Source: Carcharhinus longimanus (taxonomy: Eukaryota). Taken from it: a stretch of DNA of 64,000 nucleotides. Below, piece after piece: positions 24,323 to 36,531 of the stretch (positions are counted from its first letter, which is position 1; the number at the start of each line of letters is the position of its first letter). The position numbers and the translations under genes were made by a program. The DNA lies in the NCBI GenBank assembly GCA_030264375.1, contig JASCQW010000150.1, positions 24,370,340 to 24,434,339 of the forward strand, read 5' to 3'. The notes under the pieces were generated by a model. That model was not told the origin of the DNA, did no database searches, and saw nothing but the letters and a program-made list of their open reading frames with translations.

Positions 24323-27033
24323 AATTGTCAATTGTGCTGGTTCAGGGCATGAATATTAATTATGAGGTCCTGCTCACTCCACAATTTTCTTTAAATATCT
24401 ACAAGAAATCAGGATTGTTCTTGAGTATTGCTCCATGATCACATTATACAAAACCAGCACTGCCAGCAATGGCTTAATTAAGGCTAAAATTAATAAATAT
24501 AAAGAATGTTTCTATTTACTTCTGCTGTAAACTAATTGGTATTATTTACAAAGTGGTTGAACAACTGGGAAGCTGATCACTTTCCACCTCATCCCCACTA
24601 CAACATAAAACATACCCAAAGTGGCATAAGATGGACTACACTCCCTGCCCACTAAGCACATCAAGGTCAGGCACAGTATAGGTTAAGTGGATGCTAATAC
24701 TTTCCAATAATGCTCCTCCGCCTTCAAAAAGTGGTCCCTCCTGCACTAGTGCAACATTTTCCCATCTCTAGTCAGCTAGTAATGAAAATGGGTGAATTTG
24801 GCAACTCATGTTAACCAGGGTCGAAACTACCCAAACTACATAACTCCTACACAGTCTGAGACAAGGGGACTTTTGTTCCCATCAGCTTGGGCTAGATCAC
24901 ATTCCAGAAATGTTCAACCCACAGTAACACTCAGCACCTTTCCCAAATCCCAGTGATAATGAACTGCTTTCAAAAGCCGATCACTTGGTTAAAGTACTTG
25001 ATCATCTATTTCCACTGTATTTATGACCTGCTGACCTGTGTGGATTATAAGAGTATGGTAATTACGCTGCTACATTTAATAGATAAATGCTTTTAAAACA
25101 GTTGGATAATAGGTAGGGTAAGGTATCACAAATATCAATTCCTCTGCAAACATGTAGACATCAATATATCTAACTATAGGCCAACTCAAATTTAGTTTGC
25201 ATCCTATTTTTCATGCTCTGCAAAGGCAATAGGCAAAAATTAGCCACCATAGCAGTTTGCAGGAAGTAAAAATTGATATATCGGTGGAAAACCCACCATT
25301 AAGCATNNNNNNNCAAACAATATTATTTCACAAGCAACCAGTCTTAAAATAACTCAAATTGCCAGAATATTAGCATATTTATTTGGCCAAAGTTTAATAC
25401 ACAAGTTTGTTAGAATTTGTAAAAAAAGGACAATTGCAGAAATATTGCAAGTCATTTTTTATAAATTTTTGTTAATTTTAATGACCCTATTTGGTTCAAT
25501 GAGATTAAGAGTTCAAGTGAAACCTGGGAACTTGTCACAATATTGTTTTAGAAAGTATTAAATATAAATTTATAACTAAATCTTCAAACTACATCCAATA
25601 TTTCACATAAGGCTACCAATCACTTGCTTTACTCATTATTACAATGCATGCACTAGGCAATTCAAAAGCTGCATGATCTCAAATTTTCTAGCACAAACAT
25701 TCAAGTGGTCACAACATGGGAAAAAGGTCCAATCATAAAACAGAGCACAAGTGAAAGAGTACAGCAAGTCCACTGTATGCTCTGGCTGCAAAATAGAGCT
25801 TTAAATTCTAAGGCTGGGAGAAAATGAATGTTTAAGAGCCTACATAGTTGTTAAGAACGTTGAGTTTTTTCTTCAGGAAAAAAGGAGACTTCAAGCTGCT
25901 CTAATTAGATCAGACTTGTTTTAGTATGCAAAAGGAGGCCATTCAGCCCACTGTGAATGAACAATTCACGTAGTGCCATTCCCCCAACTTCTCCCTGTAA
26001 TTGTGCACCATCTTCCTTTTCCAATAACAGTAACTGCATTTTGAATGCTTTGCTTGAACATGCCTCTCCAGACCTCAATCACATGCCAAGCGATAAAGAC
26101 TTTTCTCAAATCATTTTTGCTTATTTACTATTTCATGGCATGTGGGTGTCACCAGCAAGGCCAGCATTTGTTGCCCATCCCTAATTGCTCTTGAACAGAG
26201 TAGCTTGGTAGGCCATTTTGGAAGTCAGTGAAGAGTCCCCACATTACTGTGGATCTGGAGACCATTAAGGTGGAAGGTGGCTGGTGGCACTCAATGCAAG
26301 GCTGAACTGATTCACAATTTTTTTGTGTATTACTTCTGGTCAGTCAGTTTCCTAGAGGACGCTGCAGGTGTGTACAGATGGGGACAACTCAAATACAGAA
26401 GCTTTGTTGAAAAACAGATTTTGATTTATAATAAAACTGGTCAATGACTCCAGTAATTAAGGTTCTAGTTTAAAAATACAGCAACAATTTGTTTGACCTT
26501 GCAACAAAAAAAAAACATGGTGGTGTATTAATTATGAACTGCATCTTTTTGATTGAGAAATTCTGAGGCTATAGTAAGTTTCAGAAGATTACTCAAGTAG
26601 AAAGCCCTTTTGATTTAAAAATGATAAAAATTGAGATCACAAAGTCTTTGAACATTTTACCATACAATAACAACAGCATAGTAAAATACCATTATTAAAA
26701 TACCTTCCAATGTCACCAAACCTAAAGCCATGCAACCCGTGTTAGTGCTGAGTTGAATGTTCATCGTAAACCAAATGTATATACTTCCTCTCTTTTGAAA
26801 TAGACACTTGACGAACATTGACCAAGAGTACAAGGGTTATTTCACATATCACATGTTGTTCACTCCATAACTATCAGCTTATATACAGACAAAGGCAAAA
26901 GAAAAACAAATGAACAAACTGAATGCCATTTGCAGCTTATATTCGACTCAGTACTAATCCTACATATCACCACACCTGCTTAGGTACCTACTCTTAACAT
27001 AAGAGTTTGAAGGAAACGGTACATTACACTTAC

Positions 27034-27117
27034 AGTTTCACTTTCTCCATCAGAAACTGAACGTACGTGAGAGCCATAGTGAAGAGGAGAGTAAATCCAC
27101 ACCCTCTCTTCTGCACA
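27034..27117 (-). CDS. PIP5K1C: PIP5K1C exon 17 (84 nt; talin/AP-2-binding i2 tail)
   Basis: CAEERVWIYSPLHYGSHVRSVSDGESET (28 aa) versus human PTDERSWVYSPLHY...SDGESDT; long pyrimidine tract, ttcAG / GTAAGT. Confidence 0.93.
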
Positions 27118-27917
27118 CTGAATAGCCGGAATCAAGAAGGCACAAGAAGAGAAATGAAGGAAAGCAACAAAAGAAAGAAAGAAGAAAGGCAGTAACAGGT
27201 GAAAAAACAGGTCATATGTTACATGTATATCCAGAGCATGAATACAGGAAGGCTAAAGGAAATATGTCAGCAGCACTGCTGATAGCAATGAAACCGTTTT
27301 GTGGTGCACTGGCTTCCATGCGTTATTATTCGTACAAAATGTTGAATTCTAGCAAGTGTACATTTATCTTTAAAAAATACTGTATTTTTTTCCGTACAGT
27401 AAGGTAACAACGTACAAAACAATTAACACCAAGTCCAGCTTATGTTCAGGTTGAAATTAATATTCTCTTTCCCATCAGGACACTAACAATTTACCAATCC
27501 TTTCACTCTAGCTTATTATCTTAACGGATAGCAACAGTCCTTCCTAGAAATTATTGCTTCAAAAGTAAATTATCTGCATAAAGGAATTCTGAACCACTAT
27601 CATTGCAAATTGCAGACTGCTAAATCCTTTGCAATACAGTGTCACTTTCTCATATAGCAAGATGTATCATTACTACATCTATAATTATTTAGAAAGGGGC
27701 AATAAATTCTTCTGGTTTTCTGTTGGCAGTCAGTCAGCTGATCTCAGCCATGCTGGTTGAGGAATTACAATGGTCCACATGTACTTAGACTGGGATAGAT
27801 GGAGAATAGAATACATCTGATTCTCATCACTAACTAGGTGGGAAAGGTGGGAAGATGAAGTGAGGTGACTGAGTACATGAACGAGGAGTGGAAAGTGTGT
27901 CTCCAAGCGTGCCTGTC

Positions 27918-27943
27918 TTGCGTACGCGCGCACACACACACAC
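27918..27943. repeat. Alternating purine-pyrimidine tract (CG/CA)
   Basis: TGCGTACGCGCGCACACACACACAC. Confidence 0.8.
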
Positions 27944-28559
27944 CCCCCCTATGAAAGAGCAGAATTGGACACTGTGGTCTAAGAGTCTGTTGAACCACTG
28001 TGGTCAAATTCGCTGCTGTTACTTAGCGTCAACACTCACATAGCTGGAAGTTTGCTCTGATAGCACGATGCCCTGGAAAGGGGCTATCAACATCTTCAGA
28101 GGTGAAGGGACTAGAACAGGTGAGAATTTTCTAAAAATTAAATAAATGGCTGTACACTTCACTTGAAGCTTGCTCATCCTTCATAGTCCTTTATCAATTT
28201 TGCTGCCTGGGGAGGCATTTACTTTTATTCAGCCGAGCAATTATTAATGATACGTATAAGAGAAATTGCAACTGGTTGACAACAAGGCTTTTCTCAAATA
28301 TTGTACTTAACATTTTGATAGAATTCATTGCTGTTGCTGGTTATGAAATATTTGAAGAAATTCAAATAAAACAAAAAACACTCAAGTGGAAGTTGTGTAA
28401 CAGTCCCTTCCTGAATATAAACGAATGAGAATTGGCACAGGCTTTAATCACAATCTATTTAAACTCCACTGAGATTAACCAATTTTAGCATATTTAGGAT
28501 TTAGCACCAAATATTAAGGCAAGTAGAAAATGGGTGCAAGAGCCTAAAGCTTCTATAAT

Positions 28560-28720
28560 GCTGCCCACGGAACTGGGCAGATGCAGCATAGGTTAAAAGC
28601 TCCCTCTACATTGTGCTTCAACCCCAATCTCAGCAAACCATCTACACCAAGTACAACATTGCCCTCTTCCAATAACAGCACCCTGCAAGATAACCAATGT
28701 AGTGCCAAAATAAATTTTTC
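28560..28720 (-). mobile_element. LF-SINE-like ancient SINE fragment (a related piece lies at ~24620-24900)
   Basis: Minus strand TTGGCACTACATTGG...GGGGTTGAAGCACAATGTAGAGGGAGCTT resembles the LF-SINE body as recalled. Confidence 0.4.
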
Positions 28721-29007
28721 CCCTATTTGGCTCAAGGACACGAGCAACTAAGTTGAGATTGGACAAACTCATCTGAGGATGAATATGGCGAGGAGAAAGG
28801 GAAATTTTAATTCCAAACATACCGGGTTTCAAACCACATTGCAAAGACACTTCACTGAGGGCATCAACAATTATGTTTAAATATTTTAAATGGATGATAG
28901 AGGCATTATAGGCTAGACGAAAGAGAGAAACCAAGGCTATTCTTATGGCATTTTTGTCAAAACTTTGTTGAATTGCTGGTACTCTCGGTTTAATGGTAAC
29001 GTAGCAT

Positions 29008-29468
29008 AGCATAGAATCCCTACAGTGCAGAAGGAGGCTATTTGGCTGATCAAGTCTGCACTGACCACTATCCGACCCAGATCCTATTCCCATCACCACA
29101 TGCATTTACCCTATCTAGTCCCCCTGACACCGAGGGAGAACTTAGCATAGCCAATCCATCTAACCCACACATCTTTCGACTATGGGAGGAAACCGGGCAC
29201 AAGGAGGAAACCCACACAGNNNNNNNNNNNNNNNNNNNNNNNNNNNNNNNNNNNNNNNNNNNNNNNNNNNNNNNNNNNNNNNNNNNNNNNNNNNNNNNNN
29301 NNNNNNNNNNNNNNNNNNNGGGAGGAAACCAGAGCACCCACAGGAAACCCACACAGACACAGGGAAAATGTGCAAACTCCACACAGACAGTGACCTAAAC
29401 TGGGAATCAAACCTGTATCCCTGGCGCTGTGAGGCAGCAATGCTAACCACTGTGCCACCGTGCTGCCC
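29008..29468 (-). mobile_element. HE1 SINE (spans an N gap)
   Basis: CATAGAATCCCTACAGTGCAG ... GCTAACCACTGTGCCACCGTGCTGCCC on the plus strand. Confidence 0.88.
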
Positions 29469-30472
29469 TAGTCACTGTGGAAAGAACTTATCAAATATAT
29501 TGCTCTTCACTTGTAACCTCTTAAAAGGGGCTAATTAATCTTTTTAAGCAATATATTGGATAGTAATCGAGGCCAAAACGTTGTCCAATTTCAACAAGAA
29601 ACTAGGTATAGCTCTTGGGGCTAAAAGAATCAAGGGAAATGGGGGTGAGAGAGACAGAGAGAGACAGAGAGAGGTTCACTTAAGGGCTTCCTACCCATGA
29701 TATTTTATTAGTGATGGGTGGGCCCTCCACCATGTGGAGAGGCTGTTTGTTAAACACTGCTAACCTGCCTGTGGGTTGGGGAAGTGGGAGAGAAATACCT
29801 GCCCCATCAGGACAGCTTTCTCTCACCAACCACACCCCATTCTCTTCCCTTTCCCAGGACCTGCCTGACTGGCCCTGGTGATCCTGATCCAACATCCATG
29901 CTGCCTCTCTAGGATGGGTTCAGTGCCAGCAGTTGCTTCCACTCCCAATGTTATTGCTGAAACCCAAGAGCTGCCAGCCCTCTGGAGGCAGGATCTCATA
30001 TCTCAAAGGGACAGGAGCTCCCTAAATGCTACAGAATCTCGAAGTGCCAAACTGGTAGTTGCTCCTAGCTTTTGGGTCTGCCATTATCCTAACAAAATCT
30101 AGTCAAGTGTGGAATATCCTATAAGACATTGTACAAACATGAACTTTTGGGAAAATCTCTTTCCTGTTTACTTCTAGTTGCCAAGTAGCTAATCTAACTC
30201 TATTGACACATCAACTGTGGTGTTGGTGAAGCTGAACCTTTTTCTACAATGGAAATGCCAAGTCTCCACACNNNNNNNNNNATTTAGCATTGTTTTACAT
30301 TTCCACCACCGACTTTAATGGTCTGAAAAGTAGTTTCAAACTTTTATAAAGATGATATGATAAACAATGTTAAAACAAAAAAGTCAGGAACACAAATGCC
30401 GAGCATAAAATAGAGGTGACAGTAGATCAACTCGACAACACTCAGGAGTACTTTTAAATACAACCAACTTAC

Positions 30473-30547
30473 ACTCTCATCAGAAATTGAAGTGGTTCGG
30501 GAACAAGTGCGTCGTGGAGAGTAAATCCAGTACTTTCCATCCGTAAA
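30473..30547 (-). CDS. PIP5K1C: PIP5K1C alternative exon (16c-type, i3/i5-like; 75 nt)
   Basis: Polypyrimidine tract plus ccAG; FTDGKYWIYSPRRTCSRTTSISDES; GTAAGT donor; phase 0/0; resembles human FTDGRYWIYSPR. Confidence 0.88.
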
Positions 30548-32055
30548 CTGGATGGTGTGAGAAAAAAAAACACAAACAGGAAAGGAGAAAGCAAGGATGG
30601 AAAGAATTAAGACAATGTAAATGAGGGAAACAAAGAAAAGAATGAAAAAAATGTAACATGATAATGTCAACAAAAGGTAAAGCAAAAATTATAGTAAAAT
30701 GTCCTAGATACCTAATAATAACACTAACCTTCACAAAACTTTTTTTATTATTTGAAAGCCTGAAAGGGGGTGGGTGGGAGGACAACGAACTATGGCATTC
30801 AGGAAAAAAAATCAGTGTTGGGTTCACTCGAGTGGCACTCCATTCTACGTTTTCTCAAAAAATTGGTTGCCAGTTTGGCCTAATTGTGCACACAAGCTTA
30901 TTTCACACTTAGACGGAAACAAGATTAAAGGAGGAATCAAAGCCTATAGGAGTTTGAGGGTAGTGCAAACACTGGATCATGTCCTTTGACAAATGGTCAG
31001 GGTGAAGGGAAAAGATAGAAAGAATTAATTTGTCATCAACTATGACTCCTGCAAAGAGTTACAACAGAGCATTCACACAAGGAACAAAGATTTTTTGATG
31101 TATCCCATGGTAATTAATGGTTTTACACAAACAATTAGTCTCTCAATTGGGTGGCCTAAGAACTAGAATTTTTGTGAAGACATTAGTAGAAAAATATCCT
31201 AGTACTGAGTCATATGTCTATCTTTCCAAGTCCCTTTAACAAGTTAAATTCGCCAGTCAATCAAGAGTACCGTTGCACTCTGCACACATCTGCCTAGCTC
31301 TGATGTCAGATTACTAAGTCTATCATAGGTTTTCGCTGTTTAAAATTTCAGTCAGACACATCATTTTGGAACCATTTCTAAGGTCAGTTGGTCATCAAAC
31401 AACACCCAGCCTGCAGCCTCCACTTGGTGGACAACAGATACCATGACTACCCATCAAATTAGAGCCTATTAGGGGACTATGTTGCTAGATTAGCTGTGAT
31501 AGGAATAAATAATGTGAAAGATGAAGACCTTAAATAAAAGTTAATGTAATTTCACAGCTCATACTCCATAATAGCTGACACTCAAAAGGCATGCAGTTTT
31601 GCCTTAGAACATTTGTAATCTTTCAAATCCATTTTAATTTTGTACAGCCCATCCAATTCCAAATGATTCCAAAACACACTGCCGTTGGAGTGAAGATGAT
31701 AAATTGAGATAGATCTGACAAAACTCTCATGCAAGGTGCAGCTTAAAAAAATGACTCATTCAAATACAGTTGATGTCATCGCAATTACAAGAAGCTAGGA
31801 TGAACCAGCTCCTAGACTGATGGCTCCCTGGAGGTATCTCCCACATCAGGACATTGCTGGCATTGGTCATTTCCTGAATTATACTTCTGTTTTTACATTA
31901 ATATATTCAAAAATGAAGGCAGAAATACAACTGCACCCTTTATGAACAAATACAACAGAGGGCTGCTCAACATGTTCCATAAAAATTGACTGAAGATGTT
32001 TCCCCTACTTAAAAATCAAAAATATTTCAGCAAGCTGAAAGGTTGTTATACTCAC

Positions 32056-32206
32056 AAAATATATGTCTGTTACAGGAACCTCCTCCTCCTCCTCCTCATC
32101 TTCTGCCTCTTCAGAGGCATGGCTAGCTGCTTCAGAGATCTGGCTCACAGTGTCTGCTTCCAGTGTAACAGTGGAACTTGTACGTGCTGATGCTGAAGGA
32201 ACTTCC
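32056..32206 (-). CDS. PIP5K1C: PIP5K1C exon 16 (151 nt; ends TDIYF)
   Basis: EVPSASARTSSTVTLEADTVSQISEAASHASEEAEDEEEEEEVPVTDIYF; tAG / GTGAGT; TDIYF is the common C-terminal splice point. Confidence 0.92.
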
Positions 32207-32526
32207 CTATCAAAAACACAAAGACCCTCACAAGGTTCAGAAGAGACCCACTGTGGACACACATACATGCAATTACACACTTGACAAAATGTGATCATCT
32301 GCAAAACTTACTGAGGAACAAAAATAGTGAACAGTATTGGGTCTAAATTCAATCCCTGGAGATTGCAAGTGAGCTTGAAGCATCAGTTTGGTTGTACATT
32401 GTGTGGGGTACATGCGTGATATCAAGAACAATGAATTATTACAGTGTTAGAAAGCTGCAGGCAGAGTGCCAATGTGTACTGGAATACACTAGGGGTACAG
32501 ACAATAGATACATATTGTCATATTGT

Positions 32527-32812
32527 GGATGGCACAGTGGTTAGCACTGCTGCCTCTCAGCACCTGGGTTAGATTCCCAGCTTGGGTTACTGTCTGTGCG
32601 GGAAATGTATGTTTTCCCTATGTCTATTTGGGTTTCTTCCGGGTGCTCCAATTTCCTCCCACAGTGTGAAAGACGTGCTGGTTAGAAGCATTGGCCACAC
32701 GAGATCCTCCCTTTATGTGCCCAAACAGGTGCCGTAGTGTGGTGACTAGGGGATTTTCACAGTAACTTTTTTGCAGTGTTAACGTAAGCCTACTTGTGAC
32801 ACTAATAAAATA
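32527..32812 (+). mobile_element. HE1-related SINE, type B tail
   Basis: Head/core plus GGGATTTTCACAGTAAC...AAGCCTACTTGTGACACTAATAAAA. Confidence 0.87.
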
Positions 32813-33250
32813 AACCTTAAATAAACTATTTGGGGCACAATACTTGGGTCAGCATTCTAAAGCACATTTATGTATAGCACTGGTACATTATGCTACCTCA
32901 TGTACAACAGGTATAATATACAAGATATGTACAGTTATATTGTGTAGCTTCTTGGTTGCACTACAATCAGGAAAACTGATTTTCCAAAATTGAGCTCTTT
33001 GGTCAAAGTGGTGTGTTCAAATTTCTGAAATGCTATCACGCTCAGTCAACTTTAGATAAATTTTCATATTCTACTTATTTCTAAAAGATATACCATGGTA
33101 CTGTTCTTAAAAACTGGACAGGATTGCATTTATTCAGTTAAACTTTGCATTACATAAACATATCACGTTTGAATAGTGAACAAGATATATTTATTAACAT
33201 GAGCTAGATTTATATGTGCCCAGAAATGGTCTCATGGTTTACCCTTTATA

Positions 33251-33395
33251 CGTAGGTTAGGTGGATTAACCACATTAACAGAGAGGTTACAGGGATAGAG
33301 CGGAGGAAGGGCCTGAGTAGATACTCCATCAGAGAGTCGATGCAGACTCAATGGGCTGAATGGCCCCCTTTTGCACTGGAGGGCTTCTGTGATTC
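33251..33395 (+). mobile_element. HE1 SINE 3' fragment
   Basis: GGTTAGGTGGATT...TGCAGACTCAATGGGCTGAATGGCC. Confidence 0.75.
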
Positions 33396-33439
33396 TAAAC
33401 AAATAAATAAATCCAAAGTACAAGTACAAACCTTGTGAC

Positions 33440-34880
33440 TTTGAAATGAACGAATTGTCACAAAACCCCCAGCTGGTTCTTTAATAATCTTTAGGTAAAC
33501 AGTCTACTGTCCTTACTGTATGTGACTCCAGCCACACAGCAATGTGGTTGACTCTTAACTATGTAGTGAAATAGCCTGGCAAACCACTCACTTGTATCAA
33601 ATCCCTACAAGTACATCATATCGAAGAAAAAATTGGATGATCACTCAGCATCCCCTAATCTTTTGGGCACAGAAGGCATACTCGCGTTAGTCAACGATGC
33701 AAAGTCCTCAACCCTGACTTCTGTGGCCTTGTGCCAAAATTGGGAGAGTTTTTTTTATAACTTAGTAAACTGTCGGGCATAGTCACTCTCTCAGAATCAA
33801 CGTCCCAGAAACCTCTATCACCATCCCTAGGCATGTCCTTTCCCACTAGCAGGCCAGACCCAACCAAGATGACAGTAGATTGATATACAGTCTGGAGGGA
33901 GCTTCCTTGGGAGTCCTCAATATTGACTCCAGAACAATGAAATCTTATGGCATCAGTTCAAACATGACCAAGTAAGCCACTTGCTGATTACCACCTACTC
34001 TCCTCCTTCAGTTGTTGGAACCAGAATTTGGTTTTGGAGAAGGCAAAGAATGGATTTGGGTTTGCCCAGTCCATTAAAAATGAAGTATGTTTGGAAGAAA
34101 ATACTGAAGCTAACAGGACACAGAACGCACTCTGTATGGAGCGTTACGCGTCCGTGGAGCGGCTTCACTATTGACTGTGTTGGCTATCCAAAAGATCTGC
34201 CAAAATGGACCTGCAGCCAACGGTTCGACAACAAACAAGAGGAAAAAACAAACCATATCTGACCTCTCCCTCACCAATAAATTCATAATAGCAGTGGTAG
34301 AAGTGACCATAACACTGCACAGGCTTTATGGTGTTGAACACTGGTAAAAGTGACCACTGCACCGGCCTTATAGAGATGAAGGCTAGTCTTCACATTGAAG
34401 ATACTCAAATATTCTATACTAACACCGTGCTAAATGGAATAGATTCAGAACAAATCTAGCAGCTCAAAACTGGACATTCACGAGGTGCCGCGCCATTAGC
34501 AGCAGCAAAATTGTATTCTACGGAATCTAACTTCATGGCCCAGCATTTCCCTTGCTCTACCATTACCATCAAGCCAGGGGGTTAACCCTGGTTCAAATGA
34601 GGAATCGAGACATGCTTAGAACAGTACCACTTATTAAAACAGAGATGCCAACTTGAAGTTTCAACACAAGAAGAAACAGAAGTAGACCATGATCTGTCAA
34701 GCCTGATGCTCCATTCAATAATGGTTAATCCTGGGTTTCAGCATCATTTCCCCAGGCAGCTTCCCATATTCCTTCATTCTGAGACACCAAAAATGTCTAG
34801 ACTGCAGTGGTTCAAGGTTTGGTCCTCTTCTCAAGGGCAATAAATATTAGTCTTGCCAGTTCTGCCACTTCCCATGAGCA
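33440..34880 (+). mobile_element. Degenerate CR1/L2-clade LINE (5' region, AP-endonuclease remnants, 3' end)
   Basis: Endonuclease-like remnants (TITIP...LSH, LLITTY.PPS); 3' end GGGCAATAAAT...CTTGCCAG. Confidence 0.6.
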
Positions 34881-35456
34881 ATTAAAGCAATTTATTTTCG
34901 AACGTACTGTCTTAGAAAAGCTTTGCTCCAACCAATCTCTTATTCACATTTTTTTTTAAAAGACTGAGGAAAAAACAGCTCAAGAACATGCAAAGATAAA
35001 AGGTAATTCAGCCTTAGGTATTTGAAGATCTGAGTGTGCCTCAATAGTTTGTATTTATGCGAGGGGACAAGGCTATAGCCTGTGGCATTTTGAGACATTT
35101 CATTGTTTCATGGTGGAGCAGATGCACTGTCCTGACCTAAATTCAGTAAATGATAGCCTGATTTTTGCATTGACCAATATTTATATACCCTTTTAACAAA
35201 CATTTTTGACCAACTTAGTCCTTGTTCCAGTCCCCATTAAAAATAAATCCATATTCCCTTTCTAACTCAGCATGAAATAAGCACATTCATAAATTTAATT
35301 TTCAAAAGATGTTTATCTGGTTCCTTAATGAGGGTGTCAATGAGTTAGGATATTAGCTATTGCAGGGAAATGGTCAATATTTGAGATTTGAAATTAATGT
35401 GAATGTTATACATAACAATTATGACCCTAGGAAATGTCCAGTTAACACACACTAAC

Positions 35457-35579
35457 GTTTTATCCTCCTCCTCTTCTGTTGCTTCTTCCTCAGCTGCAGT
35501 TTCAGCCTCGATGCTGGACTTCGCTTCCAGCTCAACAGTAACCTGCTGCAAGTCAGCTTCAGTGACTAATTCATCAGAC
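35457..35579 (-). CDS. PIP5K1C: PIP5K1C exon 15 (123 nt)
   Basis: SDELVTEADLQQVTVELEAKSSIEAETAAEEEATEEEEDK(T); DLQQ.TV as in human; ttctAG / GTTAGT. Confidence 0.88.
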
Positions 35580-36511
35580 CTAGAAGCAGACAGAATATTA
35601 GATATAAAGAAGTGGTAACTTCAAAATACTGGAGGTAAGAAAATTGACAAGTACCTGATAAAATCTACAAGGTGAATAATATCAAAAGGAAAGAAATCTT
35701 TTTAACTATAGAACACTAAGTGAAGAGGGGAGACACAGCTAACATCAAAAATACAAATTGCAGACATATATTCCTGAAAATAGTAGCCATTTTCCACCTC
35801 TGCTGAACCAGAAGCCTGTTTCCCAGATGCGACCACCCTAACCAAAGTGTGGTAATTATTCTGCTGGATTTAGCTCAGTTATTTAATATTGGATGCTGTC
35901 TGGAAAAAAAGGGGGTGTCTGAGTTCAAGTAATACAAATAATTTGGGGTGATGGGCTGGTTTCATGTAAAATTGTGTGCATTGTCATTGTACACAAGTGT
36001 CTTACTGTATTATAGTCCTTCTTGTCAAGTGTTTTTGTTTTTCTTTTAAGTGAATATTTTTTATNNNNNNNNNNNNNNNNNNNNNNNNNNNNNNNNNNNN
36101 NNNNNNNNNNNNNNNNNNNNNNNNNNNNNNNNNNNNNNNNNNNNNNNNNNNNNNNNNNNNNNNNTTCTTTTAAGTGAATATTTTTTATTAATTGTTCATA
36201 CAACGACCAGACTGCTCCTCACTGGACCGAACATCATTCCTCACATTATACCAAAAAACATATACACCACTAAGAATGAGTGTTCCAAGTTACCCATCTG
36301 GATTTTGGGACATCCTCTCATGCAACATCAGCACGGTTCATAACAGGTGCCTCTCCACAACATTTTTCCCTTGATCATTCTTGCAACACTATATTTTAGA
36401 TCACAGTAAAGCAGCATTTATAGCAACAAGACAAAAGTATTACAGGTGTTAGAAATCTGAAATAAAAACAAAATGCTGAAAGTGCTCAGTAAGTTATGCA
36501 GCATCAGAGGC

Positions 36512-36531
36512 GAGGAGGAGGAGGAGGAGGA
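36512..36531. repeat. (GAG)n microsatellite
   Basis: GAGGAGGAGGAGGAGGAGGA. Confidence 0.8.

Noticed and set aside
32005-32055. Read-through of the exon 16 donor (VSITTFQLAEIFLIFK-stop) as an i4-like isoform
   Set aside because: Short, no resemblance to a known isoform tail, and the GTGAGT donor is strong
36040-36190. Direct repeat TTAAGTGAATATTTTTTAT on both sides of an N run (similar duplication at 29185-29355)
   Set aside because: Most likely contig-overlap assembly artefacts at scaffold gaps
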